A DNA stretch of 64,000 bases from Chrysomallon squamiferum (GCA_012295275.1 CM022675.1:10850001-10914000); one strand, 5' to 3'. Counted from the stretch's first letter, positions 42,872 through 57,151 are shown. The notes: generated by a model from the sequence alone, not told the origin. Numbers and translations are program-made.

Positions 42872-45305
42872 GGAAGCAAGTATACAGACAGATAGAAAAA
42901 CGAAAACAAAACAAAAGGTAATACATTTTTCCTTACCAAAAATATTATAATAGAAAATAACTAAAATTTATTCTCATTAAAACTGAATTAATTTAATTCA
43001 TTCTAAATTATTGAAGCTACCAGAAATTACTCAGCCAACAGCTCTCAAAAGACGTAGGCAACAGATCTCAAAAGACGTAGAAAGAAAGACTGACGTTACA
43101 AAGCCGTATTTACGGTAATCTCAGAGAAATCCGTGTGGCGGGGACAATCGCTGGAAAGTGCCCGGCCACGTAAGTCAGCTACACGCAGATTGTGTAGATA
43201 AACTGACAGAGATTTATAACACGGCGGACACGCAGAGTGAACCGTTTTCGGATTCATTACTGGTTTCTGTTTCACAACCGAACCGGGAGTTTCCGAGATA
43301 AAACTCTGCCACCATAAAGGAGGCTATTTTGCGATGAAAATTTTGTTAACAAATTTTAAAGCCGCGGATTAAGCAGAGTATTATGTATTTGTATGTGTGT
43401 AAGTGTCACGTATATATAGAGATTTTTTTTTGTTGTTTTGTTTGTGTATTGTTATGAGGACATGCATAGATAATGGAGTGGGTGAATGCAAATGTGGCAT
43501 TTGGAGTAAATATTTGTATATCTCAAACCCGACAGTCGCGTCGGATTGTAAATAATAGAAAGGTACAACCTATTATGCATTCATCATTTTTACGACGAGT
43601 GAGAAAAAGAATGAAGAAGGTAAATGATGTGAGAATGGGGGGAAAAAAAAGAAGAAGCAAATGAGGAAAACGAAAGCGAAGAAAAAGTGTGGGAGAACAA
43701 AGAGAGAGAGAAAGAAAGATAAAAAGTGACAGTGATTTAAAGAAGAAAATAAGCAGTAATAGCGAGAGTTAGAGAGATATAGAGGGAGTGTGTGTGTGAG
43801 AGAGAGGGGGGAGGAGAGAGAGAGAAACAGAGAGAGAGAGACAGAGAGAGACACAGAGAGAGAAAGAATGAGAGAGAGAGAGAAAAAATACTGTGACAAA
43901 GAAAGAAAGGGTTTGATGAGAGAAAAAGGAAAAAAAAAAGAAAAACAAGAGAGAAATATAGAGATAGACAGATATATAGTTAGATAAGTAGATAGACAGA
44001 TAGTTAGATAAGTAGCTAGACATATACACAGACAGACAGATAGATACAGGGAAAGAGCGAGAAAGAAAAACAAAAAAGGAACGAACAATATATTACATCA
44101 CATGGACGTGCAGTGAAATTACATGAACGAAAATGCGATGATTTACAATTTTATCGGATCCATGAAATAAAATCTACACCATATTAAACAGGTTTATGAT
44201 TACACGTTATAATATTTCAGATTTTATAGCACACGTCATCTGTAAACTACATTTCAAAAAAAAAAAAAAATCAGTGTCACAGAAACAATTAAAATTATTT
44301 ACTTTTTATATTTCAGTTTGTTATTTTATCTTACTAGTAATTCATTTTTCACTGCCACACTTAAAGCAGCTCACACTTTTGTTTCAGCAAACGCAATCGG
44401 CTTCTGGTGTTTCATTTAATCACGTCTGACTTATTACGATCCTGTAGCTGCTTCTGTAGTTGTTATTACTGGTACTACAAGAACCACAAGTTCCCCTAAC
44501 AACAACAACAACTACTACTACTACTACTACTACTGTTGCTACTACAACTACCAGTTCTTCTACTACTGGCGCGACGTCTTGATACAACAACAACCACTAC
44601 TACCACTGCTGTAATATTGTTTTAACTACGGATACAACGACTAATATTACTACCACTACAACTTCTGCTATTACTTCTACTATTGCCAGCATTAGCACTG
44701 CAATAAGGTACCCGCAATAACGAACAAACTGAATTTAAATTAAAGAAAGAGACAATCTAATATACTTTCTATATAAAAATAGATAAATAGATAAATGTAT
44801 AGATATATAGGCAGATAGATGGACTGATGTCGATATATATATAAATATTGATATATATAGCTACATACATAAGTAGCTACGGTAAACAAAATTTTGGGTT
44901 TATTCCGTAAAGAAATACTGCACAAACTTCGATCGACGTATACAATTATTTTAAATAATACTTTCATTATTTAAGACACATAGTGAACAAATGAAACGTC
45001 ATGCAGAATGATATATTTATCATTTGAAACTGAGTCTAATTCTGTACAGGTGCTTATACAGGTTTATTATATATATTATTTTATTTTTTGTATTTTTGTT
45101 TTGTAATGTGGTTTTTTTTGTTTGTTTTTTTACATTGAACATTAATATATTATTTCTATAATTTTCATTAAAATTTCACACATTTCGAGAACATAATTCA
45201 TCTATGATAAATTACTGTGATACTTATTATTAATGTAAAATTATTTTCTCATTATCAGACTTTATATAACTGCCGATAAATTTCCAGCTGGCGTATTGAT
45301 GTGAT

Positions 45306-45395
<90 letters not shown>

Positions 45396-46160
45396 AGTTT
45401 TATTATTATAATTATTATTATTTCCTCATTATTTCTTTGTATAATATAAATACAGGTATACAACAATACATACATAAATACACACACACACACACACACA
45501 CGCACACATACACAGACACACACACACACACGTATTTCAAAATACCGGTCATAATATAAATCTATGTTTCGCCTTTTTCTCATAAAATATCGGTTTGATC
45601 TCGTTATCAAATATGTATATTACTTGTCTCCGTGTAACTGTAAAGTGTGTGATGTTTTTCCATACCGTTGTAGTATAGTTTTTAGTCCATGATCTCTGAT
45701 ACAGATGAACGCGGGATTCTTTAAAAATTAATCGTTTTGTCCTGTAAGATAACGGGAGTCGTTTCATAACTTATTCATTGAGGGTATTCATTTTCACCCC
45801 TTCAGTACAAAGTCTTTAATGTCTCTGATTATAGTCATGAAATATATATATATATAATAAAAGGAAAGAAAGACAAAAATTAGTACAAATCAGAAATGAG
45901 ACCAAAATGATGGAAAAATCTAGAAGAAAATTTAAATCGAACGTGATTTAACATTTGTACAAATTTTAATCGATTTTAAATGTATATTCTTCGTACGCGA
46001 CTTATATAATTTTACGAATATGTGTGAAATTAATTTCGGCACTGAATTTAATGGTTGCGAAATTATCAGATATTTTATTTTCTAAATATTATTGTAATTT
46101 GTTATATAGTATTAATTTATTTAGTGTTTTAACATGTATTTTATTCATATTATTTATCGA

Positions 46161-46213
<53 letters not shown>

Positions 46214-46647
46214 TATTATTATTTATTATTATATTATTATTATTAATATTATTATTTTTTATTATTATTGTTATTATTATTATCATCATCATCGTCATTA
46301 TGGTATTGTTGTTATTAATTTATATGTTTATTATATTTAATTATTATCCATCATTATTTTTTATTTTCTTTACATTTATATTTCAATTATTTAATTTATA
46401 ATTTTCTTTAAAAATTTAATATTTAATATTAATAATAATAATAACAACAACAGTAATGATAATAAAAATAATAATAAAAATTCTAATGGTAATGATAACG
46501 ATAATTATAATGATGATAATAAAACGTGAAAAAAAAAAAAAAAAAATCGTAACAAAAATAAAAATCAAAAATCTCTGAAATAAAAAAAAAAAAAAAAAAA
46601 AAAACTAAAAATTCTGTAATTTATAGTGATAGGGAAGACGTCATTTT

Positions 46648-46686
<39 letters not shown>

Positions 46687-47869
46687 CCATCTTTCGCTCC
46701 AGCTACGAATAATTCTCGCTCGTTTGGGGGAAAGAAGAACAAGAAGAACAAGAAGAAGAAGAAGAAAAAGAAAAAAAGAAGAAACCTAAAAATCACGATC
46801 CACCATGGACGAAAGCTCGCTGCAATTAAAACCAATTGGAAGGAAGCAAAGGTCCCAGAACATAAAAATAAATTAGCGAATGACACGAGGCGCTGTACCA
46901 GCAATTCGAAAAGAGCCTTGGTTCCACTCGCTTCCACTGTTTGCGATGTTTCTCGAGCTCTTCCACTTGAATCGTGATTTAGTGGAAATCGACAGCCATA
47001 AATAGCGCGAAAGACATTAAACCGTCAAAGAACGAGCTTGAATACAAGATTGTTTCCAATGAAATAAACATTAGTGATGTTCTTTGCCGGGCCCACGAAG
47101 GAAAATATATAGCGGATTTGCTGTCATCTTGTTCACAAATATAAATAAATTTGCCGAGAAATTCACCAATTGAAAGATGTGACAACGAATGAAACGAAAC
47201 GGAAGGATTTATGTTTTATTTATTTAGTATTGTGTTCGTATTTTTTGTTTCTTTTTTTTCTATTTTTTCTATTTTTTCTAAAAAAATCCGATCGCTGTTT
47301 CGCTTGGATTTATCTTGTTACCCGCTTCGGTGGATTCATTAAGCTGTTCTTTATGACGTTTTCTTTAAAAATTTCAAAAATGCGTGAAAATTGTAGAAAT
47401 AATAATAATAATAACAAAAAAATAATGACTTTTTAAACCTGGAATTTAAAGAAATCGTTTATCAATAAATTTAGTTTATTTATTTTGTTACCAAAAAAAA
47501 AAAAAAAATAAAAAAATTTCATTCTAACCATATTCTAGAATTTATTTATGAAATTTAAGTTTTCTATGTAATTTTAACATAAACCAAAAAAATTAATTTA
47601 TCCGTAAGTTTTGTTACAAATTTTTTTTAATTATTTAACGACTTCGAAAATAACTTCATCGACTTCGTAATTAAACGAACATTCTGCAATATTTTCTACA
47701 AAACAATCATCTGTATAAACAAGAGAGAAAGACATTTAGCTGCTGGTCGATATTTCGCACATTGTTACCCAAATGGATCTGGGGATTTGCTAACATTCGA
47801 GAAAATAGCAGTTCAATTCAACACGTATATAAAATGCAGAGATGAACATTTGCCCGTCAAAGTAAATTC

Positions 47870-48560
47870 TGTCTATAGCGACTTTGAAAATGTGTGAATG
47901 TTCTGAAATATTTTACACAAATCTCTTTAACGGATATTTTAGTATTTCTTTACTATCCAAACCCTGACGAGGATTTCGAAACTGATTTTAAAATCTCGAA
48001 TTTATTCAATGAAATCAACGTAGTAAAATGATGCTGATAAAAAAAAAAAAAAAAAAAAAAAAACGTCTAATGAATGATAACTCTGGAATATTTCTAAACA
48101 AATTAACGTCTAAATAAACTGTTAATAAAAATAATTATCCCATCCCAAGAAATTCTACCGATTCTAACTTTGAAAATTCGTGAATATTCTAAAATGTATT
48201 GAATGCAATAAAATAAATAAATGTATAAATAGAAACAAATAGAAATATTTCTTCTGTAAGGTACCTTGATAGAGACGTCAAAATAATGATAATTCTAGAA
48301 TTTTTTTAAAATGAAATTTATGTCTAAATAAACTAAATCTATTCAAGAAAGTATTTATCTCCATCCCGATAAATGCATGCGATGCTAACTTTGAAAAATG
48401 CGTGAACATTCCAAACTTTACTTAATTCAAACGTTCGTACAAAATACGTAGATTGCAATTTTTCTTTGATAACTGATTTGGATAAGGATGTCTTTTGAGT
48501 GATAATTTTAGAATTTCTTTAATGAAATAAACTATTTAGAAGTAGTAATTATTCGACCCA

Positions 48561-48609
<49 letters not shown>

Positions 48610-48970
48610 AAAAAATGCTTCAAATACTGACTTAGAAAATGGGTGAATATGCCAGAATGTCCTCAATGCAAACAACCGCACAAAGAGAGAATCGATTGCA
48701 GTGTTTATTCAATAAGGAGAGCCTGATATAATGACAGATAATTTTAGATTTCATTTAAATGAAATTAACGCCTAAACATAATGCACAGAAAAGTAATTAT
48801 CCCATACCCATTGTTGACACCGATTATAATTTATTTTAAGTGAAAATCCGAAGAGTTGCACGAAGCGAATGTGACTGTAAAATGCACAGACTGCAGTTTC
48901 GCTTCAGCAAATGAGTCTGGAAGGGATTTCATATGAGAGAACATTTTAGAATTTGTTTCTAAATCAAAAA
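47870..48970. repeat. Degenerate tandem array, ~212 bp unit, ~5 copies
   Basis: Anchor GATAAYTYTRGA at 48076, 48288, 48501, 48737 and ~48940; anchor ACTTWGAAAA..GTGAA at 47881, 48167, 48388, 48630. One unit carries a poly-A tract at 48562-48615. Confidence 0.8.
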
Positions 48971-50588
48971 AATAAAATTAAAAATTTAAAAAAAATTAAA
49001 ATAAAATGGTGTGACCCTCAAACTCAGTAAATAATACAGAGAACTATTTCTAAACAGTTTTCATAAAGTTTTTTTTATTCAATGTGTCGATTTAAAAATC
49101 GAAAAGAAAAAAAGAGTAAATTTTCTATCAGAAAACATCTAAAAAGGAAGGTTAGAGAGTGCGATAAATACTTTGTATTTTGTTTGTTAATAAAGAGTAC
49201 GAGTGAAAAAAGGTAGTTACCGCAATCCAGATAAATTTTTCGATAGTTTTATATTTAAGATTATATTTAATAAAATTTGTATATAAAATACACATTGAAA
49301 AAAGATAACGAACCTCGCCTTTATGGGAATCCGTATATACCTATCGAAAGGTGTTAATGTTTTCAGTTGAAATATAAAAATGTTTGACAAAACTGAATTA
49401 TATTCTTAATTAATAGTCATTATTTTTTTTTGCCTATTAAATAAATAGATAGATAGGTAGGTAGATAAATTAAAAAAAAGAAGTAAATAAATAAATATTT
49501 AAATAAATACATTTTACGTTTTGTGCATAATGGCTCTTCGCATTTAATTTTTATCACGTATATGTAATTTAAAATATTTTTGAGTGTATTTTCATTATTA
49601 AAACGTGGCATATTTTATCTACAAACAAATATAATATATACATTCTGTTTAATGAGATTGTTCATAAAATGAATATTATATATTTGATAATCCGCATACA
49701 CATGAAATTCATATTTTATAATTTTTGATTTATTTCACTATATACAAACATATATATATATATATAAAACAGAATTATATTTAGTTTGGTTATTTAAATA
49801 CTCTTATCATTTATTTTATACGCATTCAATGAATTTATTATTAGAAATTTTCATCATGCACATGGTACAGTTTGACTTACATATACCTGTATGAATTTCA
49901 TAGGAGTGTATATTCCCCCTTGTGATTTGCTAAATGGTTCGTTTAACGAACACATTAGGTTTCCGGAAAAAAAAGAAAAAAAAAAGTACTATACATTATT
50001 GAACCAAGACATTTTTAATTTAATGTTCTTTAAAATAAAATTATTTCGTTCTTTCTCCGTCTTCTTTCTTTTGGGCTAAAGAAAAATTAAATGTTAACAT
50101 GAGAAATAAACTTATAACAATCGCCCGAATGAGTGAAAAGATTTATTTTATTTTTATTATCGCGCACGCTCGACTCTTTAATTGTTAGTATTTTAATTAT
50201 TTTTTCATACTTCTTCTTGCTCATTTTTATTTCTTTCTTTATTTAATTCTTTATTTTTATTTTGTAATTTTATTTCTCTTTGCGCATTATTCCGATTTTG
50301 TTCACTTGTATAGTTCCGTTTTCTTTTTCTAGTTAAATTTATTTTATTTTTTAAAATTATTTTTATATGGATATGTATATACCTTTTTAAAATATTTTAT
50401 TTATATATGCTTCTGTTTTGTGTTGAGAAAATGACATGACTATTTTTCAAATGATCTGGTTTAGAATGTATATAATTCGTTCAAAATTTTATGTTTCTTT
50501 TCTTTTCTCATTCTTTTCAGATTTTAATTTAATTTCGGTTTGAGTTGATTATTTATTTCTTTATCTGTGATTTAATGTTTAAATAACA

Positions 50589-50645
<57 letters not shown>

Positions 50646-50919
50646 TAAATAAATATAATAATAAAAAATAAATAAATAAATATAATAATAATAATAATAA
50701 TATAACTACAACAAGAACTAAAATCATAACAAATCATTTAAAAAATAAATAAATAATATAAATGTAATAAATTAAAACATTTTATAAATGATAATCTTAA
50801 ATGGATGATCTGCTGTTATAATCCTAAATAGATTTATAAGGAAAAGTATTATCTACGCTAATACAGTAATATACATATAGCCATTAATTTGAATCCTATA
50901 TTGTTTCCTAATAGTCACC

Positions 50920-51022
50920 AATTAATTAATTTAATTCAATTCAATTCAATTTAATTCAATTAATTCAATTCAATTTAATTTAATTTAATTTAATTTAATT
51001 TAATTTAATTTAATTTAATTTA
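50920..51022. repeat. Pentanucleotide (AATTC/AATTT)n repeat
   Basis: Read directly. Confidence 0.9.
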
Positions 51023-51343
51023 ATGTTAACTTACTTTATAAATATAATTCGAAACTGGTTCTTAAAGACTTCTGCTATTTTTCCGGTCGAACAGAAAACA
51101 AATAAAAATAAAAATAAAATATATATTGATTATATTAAATTGCATCTCAAAGGGTTATTTGCATTATTAATTTTTATTTTGGTTTTAGATAACAGTAAAT
51201 AATTGGTTGCAGGTATGCAAATTGCAAAGAAAAGGAAAACAATTTAATATTTACGAGAAAACATAATGAGAATTAGACCTAATTTACAAAGAAATTCTAA
51301 AGTGTGTTAATATTGACTATTATTTAGATTATTATTATTGCTG

Positions 51344-51374
<31 letters not shown>

Positions 51375-51380
51375 CTATTA

Positions 51381-51449
<69 letters not shown>

Positions 51450-52711
51450 ACTGTTCTTATTTTTGTTAATATTGTTCTAATCTTCCATCTAAAATTACGT
51501 AATATTCTATCACTGTTACATCAAAGCGGAGTTATTATTCTTTTAATTTCAAAAGCTGTTGCGAAATCACTGATATTATTGTTAACTGTTCACGCAGATA
51601 AACCGTATCGAGTATAACAATACTTGTATTTTATCTAGCTTATATCAGAGATTTAAAAAAAACATGAAATTTACATTGATAGGCTTTGAAATAAGCGACC
51701 TGCAAGTTTAAGTAACATATTCATAATAAAAACGTATCATCATAATGGTAACTGCATGTGTAATTATATATGTATAGATAACGGAACGATATATAATACA
51801 TTTATAATACAAACTATTTTTGTACGCATATAAGAACAGATGTGCAAAAGTACGTATAATTAAAATCATAAATTATAATATAAATCACGTATAATTGCTA
51901 AAATGAAAAAATATCAAACCATAGTTTGGAATGCAATAATTATGCCAAGGAATTATAAGATCTTATTGAAATAGATAAATCGTGAATATACAAAAATAAT
52001 ATATTTAACTGTATCAAAACTTCATTTTGAATGTGACATATCACCGAATAAGATCAGGAAACAGGTAATGATATACAGTACAATTAAAAATATGCAGCCG
52101 TTGGTAGGATATATATAAATGTATCGTAGTAAACATCTAGATTGAAACTGTACTGTCTTCTTTTAAATTCCACATGCAGATGTATAAAGGTCGAAGAAAA
52201 CAACAACAAAAGTCAGTATGAAGATATTACAAAGAAAAAAGGTAAATATTGTAGTATTTTCTGTGGTTGGAACGTAATAATGGCGGTGAACCACGCCCGA
52301 GGAACAAAGCAATATTAATTCAGTGTAACTGATATAAGAAAATGTATATTTCCTAAAAAGGGTATTAAAAACTTGTTTCAGACTATCGCCGAGAATTAAG
52401 GACAATAAATAAATAAATAAATAAATAAATAAACAAATAAATATAATAAAAACAAAATCATTGTGAATATGCTATGACCTTTAAGGTAAATAAAGTTGTA
52501 AATATTTAGACTGGAACATTATGACAATGCGTGTGTACTAGAACCGTACAGTGTAAAATGAATATTTATTACGAATATATCTCAATAAAATATATAATCT
52601 ATAACCCCTGTGGGTAAGTATTGTGGCAAAAATTTGCAACTTGTTAATTATGCAGTTAATTTTCCGTTGGAGACGGTTTTTAGAACATAGTCTTTACAAT
52701 TACAGACGGTA

Positions 52712-52724
52712 TGACCTATGACCT
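52712..52724 (-). promoter_or_regulatory. Perfect DR1 nuclear-receptor element AGGTCA-t-AGGTCA (RXR/COUP-TF/HNF4/TR2-4 type)
   Basis: Plus strand TGACCT-A-TGACCT. The motif is exact; function is unproven. Confidence 0.4.
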
Positions 52725-52883
52725 GTCTAGGTAGGTTATGTGATAAATATTTGTTTCACATTTATTCTGTTTATTTACGGTCCATAAGCAAATATCAAAA
52801 TTACAAAAACAGTATTATCTATAAATAGTATGAGGTTAGTATTGCAGTAAAAACTTAGTTTTGAATGTAACTTAATTCAAGAT

Positions 52884-52971
<88 letters not shown>

Positions 52972-53222
52972 AAACGTTTTTTTGAATACAATATATTAAT
53001 ATTAAAAGAAAGGACTTAACTGTTACTTGTATAGTTTTAGTTACTTACTCCTTCATGAGTTAAACAGGGAAGTCAAGCAATAAAATTTTATTTTTAAAAA
53101 TATTTTCTTGTCTTTGCCTTTGTTTATATTTTATGTTTTCCTTTTTCTTAATGTTTATTGAGAAGTTTTTAAATTTCATTGATTAAATTAACTAATTTGT
53201 ATAAAAATATTCATCATCATCA

Positions 53223-53274
<52 letters not shown>

Positions 53275-55099
53275 TGTTGTTGTTGTTGTTTGTTATTGCT
53301 AATATTTAAATAAATATAGCTAATTTTCACAGTTGCAGTTAATTTTTAAAAAGTTCAGTAATTTATATCATTTTAAACTACTAATAGATAAATTAATAAT
53401 TAAACTAATAAAGTATATCTCAGAATGAATAAGTAATAATGAAACCATACTATAAGTTACAGATGTATTCATAATAAGTAATAAATAACAATACGGTATT
53501 TAATAACAAAGCTATGACTTGTGAATTAATCTATTAACATTAAATGAAACAAATTTAAGAAACAAATTTAAAGATACCACTAACAGCCGTAACATAACTA
53601 ATATCACCGTGTTAAGATATAAATTATTTAACATACTTTTATAAAAATAACTGTAGGTATAAATTTTCTTAACAACAATAAATATAACTGTTTTAACGGA
53701 TACAAAATCAAATTTTTGGACCATAAAAAAAGTTAACTATTTGGCCGAGCATAAATGTATAACAAGAAAATAAATTGTTTTAATCTAAAAGGAAATAAAT
53801 TTTTCTACATAATTATTATTTATTTATCGTAATCTGAAATAGAAGTCTATTTTTTAAATTATTATTCTAATTAAGATACGTAAATAATAATTAAGGTCAA
53901 ATAAATTTGTATTATTGTAGTTGATAATGACATACGAATTAAATGCAATTTAATAAAATTCCAACTGTATAAATGAAAATAGGTTAGAAAGTACAAAACA
54001 TAATTAAAATTAACTACATATAAATATAAATACACCCAAAGTAAGTATGAATATACTATGTATTTTGTCTTCTGAAATATGCAAATTATGCGTAAAGTTA
54101 AAACGCAATTAAAGTTTATAAATTAAAATACAAACTGCTTTGAAGCATGAACGCAATGAAAATGTTTAAATAAAAATGAAAACAAAAATCATTAACTAAG
54201 AATGCATTGAGAAATTAAAATATCAGATATAAACTAATTAAATATGAACTATAAAAACGATTATAAAATAATATACACAAGGTCTAAATATTCACATTTA
54301 TACAAATTACACCATTGTTTAAAACAGAAATGCACCGAATGAGTGAAAAAAAAAAAAACAACAACAACTAAATTTGTTTTACGTTTAAACGCTGTCGAAT
54401 ACTAATTCAATTAACAATATAAACATTTAATGTATGAATTCACACGAAAGGTTCTAAATTAAAAATCGAAATTCCGTAAATGCTACTAACAATTACGGAA
54501 ATAAATTCCAAATTAAAACGATAATAAAAAAAAAAAAAAAAAAAAAAATTAATTAGTAATGCACATAAAAATTTTCTAAAGCAAAATACGAACCAGTGAC
54601 GTGGAATGCAAATGGATTCACGCTTTTGTGAATCACGCTACTAATTTCTTCTCTATAAACACCATTCTCTCTAAAATCCCGTATAATTGCCTCTACGACA
54701 CAAAACACACTGTTAGGAAAATCACCGAGCTAATAAATAAATCCACGCATGGAAACATCACTGGTCAAAATAAAGACGGGGAAAAGAAAACGGCAATGTG
54801 TTCACTGAAACAGCCGATTTCTTTTTTTTTTTTAAAAAAAAAAAAAATCGTTCCTCTTAAACCGTCGCCAAAAACACGGGCGAAATCTTTACAAGGCAAA
54901 GTGGGAAGAGCACCGTTACGTTATTTGTTAAAGCGTTTTTACTGTTATTTTATGATTTTTACGATAGCAGCCACTGACCTTCGCAGCGCAATAAAACAGA
55001 CGCCGAAATCGGGTCTAGCCCCTGTCTCTGAACGTCGTTGCCATTAGTGGTCAATGCATTAAACGGATCCCAAACACCCATAAAATATCATTAACTTAC

Positions 55100-55185
55100 C
55101 CTGAACCTCGTAAATCTTCGCAACGCAAAGATATTACCCCTCTCAAAGGAAGCACGCTCAAAGAAGACGACGACAATCGAAACTG
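55100..55185 (-). other. Candidate non-coding first exon (5' boundary approximate), ending in donor AGG|GTAAGT
   Basis: Plus ACTTACCCTG at 55094-55103 = minus CAGG|GTAAGT. The exon has no ATG and has the same orientation as the Hox gene, whose coding exon has an otherwise unpaired acceptor. Confidence 0.5.
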
Positions 55186-55330
55186 CGGGTTAAAAGGGCT
55201 GCCGTCCAATCAGCGCTGGCCTAGCGCGGCCGATCGGAGAGAAATCTCGACAAACAGCTCGCGCCGCGCACAAAGCTCACAGGGGCTGAGTTTCGCCTTC
55301 GACCAATCGCTGCGTTGCTTTTGTGCATTT
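55150..55330 (-). promoter_or_regulatory. Candidate distal promoter (CpG-rich, two CCAAT boxes)
   Basis: GTCCAATCAGCG (CCAAT 55206-55210) and GACCAATCGC (55303-55307) lie in a strongly CpG-rich island directly upstream, on the minus strand, of a consensus splice donor. Confidence 0.6.
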
Positions 55331-55384
55331 GTCAATTTCTCTCTCTCTCAGCTCTCTCAGTCTCTCTATGTCTCTCTCTCTCTC

Positions 55385-55435
<51 letters not shown>

Positions 55436-56121
55436 CTTTTCCCTCTCTATTCTGCAAAGGATGATGACATTATTTTGCGCGCGTATATATATATAAAAAA
55501 AAAAATAAATAAAAATAAAAATAAATAAATAATAATGTGTTACGAACCCTAATACTATGAAAAGTGGTTTAGCGACAGAAAGTCTACGATTAGAAAAAAA
55601 AAAAAAAAAAAAAAAAATCGAGCGATGCCTTTATCTACAAGTAAAAAATAAAAAAAAAAAATATATAAGAAACAAAATTTACAATAAAAAAAAAATAAAA
55701 AATAAAAAAAATATAAATAAACCAGTGCGGATTTTCTCCTCCTTCGTCCATTTAGCTTCTGGTCGAGAGATAAGAAGAGAAACTATTGATTACCGCGTGC
55801 AACGCGCGTGCATCGTGCGTGACTTCCAACCACCAGGTGAATTAGATGTTGTGGACAGATGATATTTATCATCGACGTTTGAAATAAATTGTTGGATAAA
55901 TGTGTCCGTTTCTACATCATTCCTGTCATTTTGTTTTCAGAGGCGATCGATTTTGCAAACCCTCTATTTACGTGCTGTGTGCAGACAGACGCACAAAAGG
56001 TTCGGGTATGTAGAATGTTTTTCTTTCTTAGAGTCATAAACACAAGCGAACAAAAAAAAAAAATGTGACTGTTAAATATTTAAATAATAACTGAATAAAC
56101 AACAACAACAACAATAACATC

Positions 56122-56180
<59 letters not shown>

Positions 56181-56261
56181 TGATGATGATGATGATGATA
56201 ATAATATTTCTAACAGTAGCAGTAGTAAAATTAAAAGATATACAGAGAAATAAAATATTTA

Positions 56262-56330
<69 letters not shown>

Positions 56331-56473
56331 AATTCAGAAAATTAAAGGGAAATAAAAATATAAACACGCATATATGTAGATGAACACACACACACACAAA
56401 TACACACACACATATTTATATATAAGTATATAGATAGACAGACAGACAGAAATAAAGATAGATAGATAGATAT

Positions 56474-56517
<44 letters not shown>

Positions 56518-56978
56518 ATAGATAGACAGATAGACAAACAGATATAAACCCTGTCAGACTGGCTCATATATAAGTGGACAAATAATTAAAGTGATAAACA
56601 AACACATAAACGAAATAGTAGGTAAACACACTTTTCCAGTAGTAATTAGAGCAGACAATTAAATCCAAACATTTACCAGTGAAATTTGTTATTGAATGGC
56701 TTTTATTTGTTGCACCGGGATAAACGCAAAATAATCACCCAGTGTCGACAAGTGTAAGTAAACACACACCGACCATCAGACATACGTACAGATAAATTTA
56801 AAAATTAATTATTGGTAATAAAATAAAAACAAAATAAACAAGGAATGCAAAGAAAATAAATGTCAGCTTGTGCATCTTCCGAGACAAAAAACAAAATTTG
56901 TTTTGCAACGATACGAAATAGAGAAACGACCGCAACACGCAACAGCTACAGCAACAGCAAGAAGAAGAAGAAGAAGAA

Positions 56979-57035
<57 letters not shown>

Positions 57036-57116
57036 CAACAACAACAACAATAATAATAATAATAATAATAACAAGAACAACAATAATAATAATAATAACA
57101 ACAACAAAAACAAAAA

Positions 57117-57151
<35 letters not shown>

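Noticed and set aside
54601-55047. 148-aa plus-strand ORF near the distal promoter
   Set aside because: GTG start, runs through poly-T/poly-A tracts, no recognisable motif.
55091-55155. CTTACCCTG start resembling miR-10-family 5' ends, with a partial stem (GTAAATCTT...AAGATATTAC)
   Set aside because: Opposite strand to the Hox gene, the outer stem pairs poorly, and the match stops after ACCCTG; better explained as the reverse complement of a splice donor.
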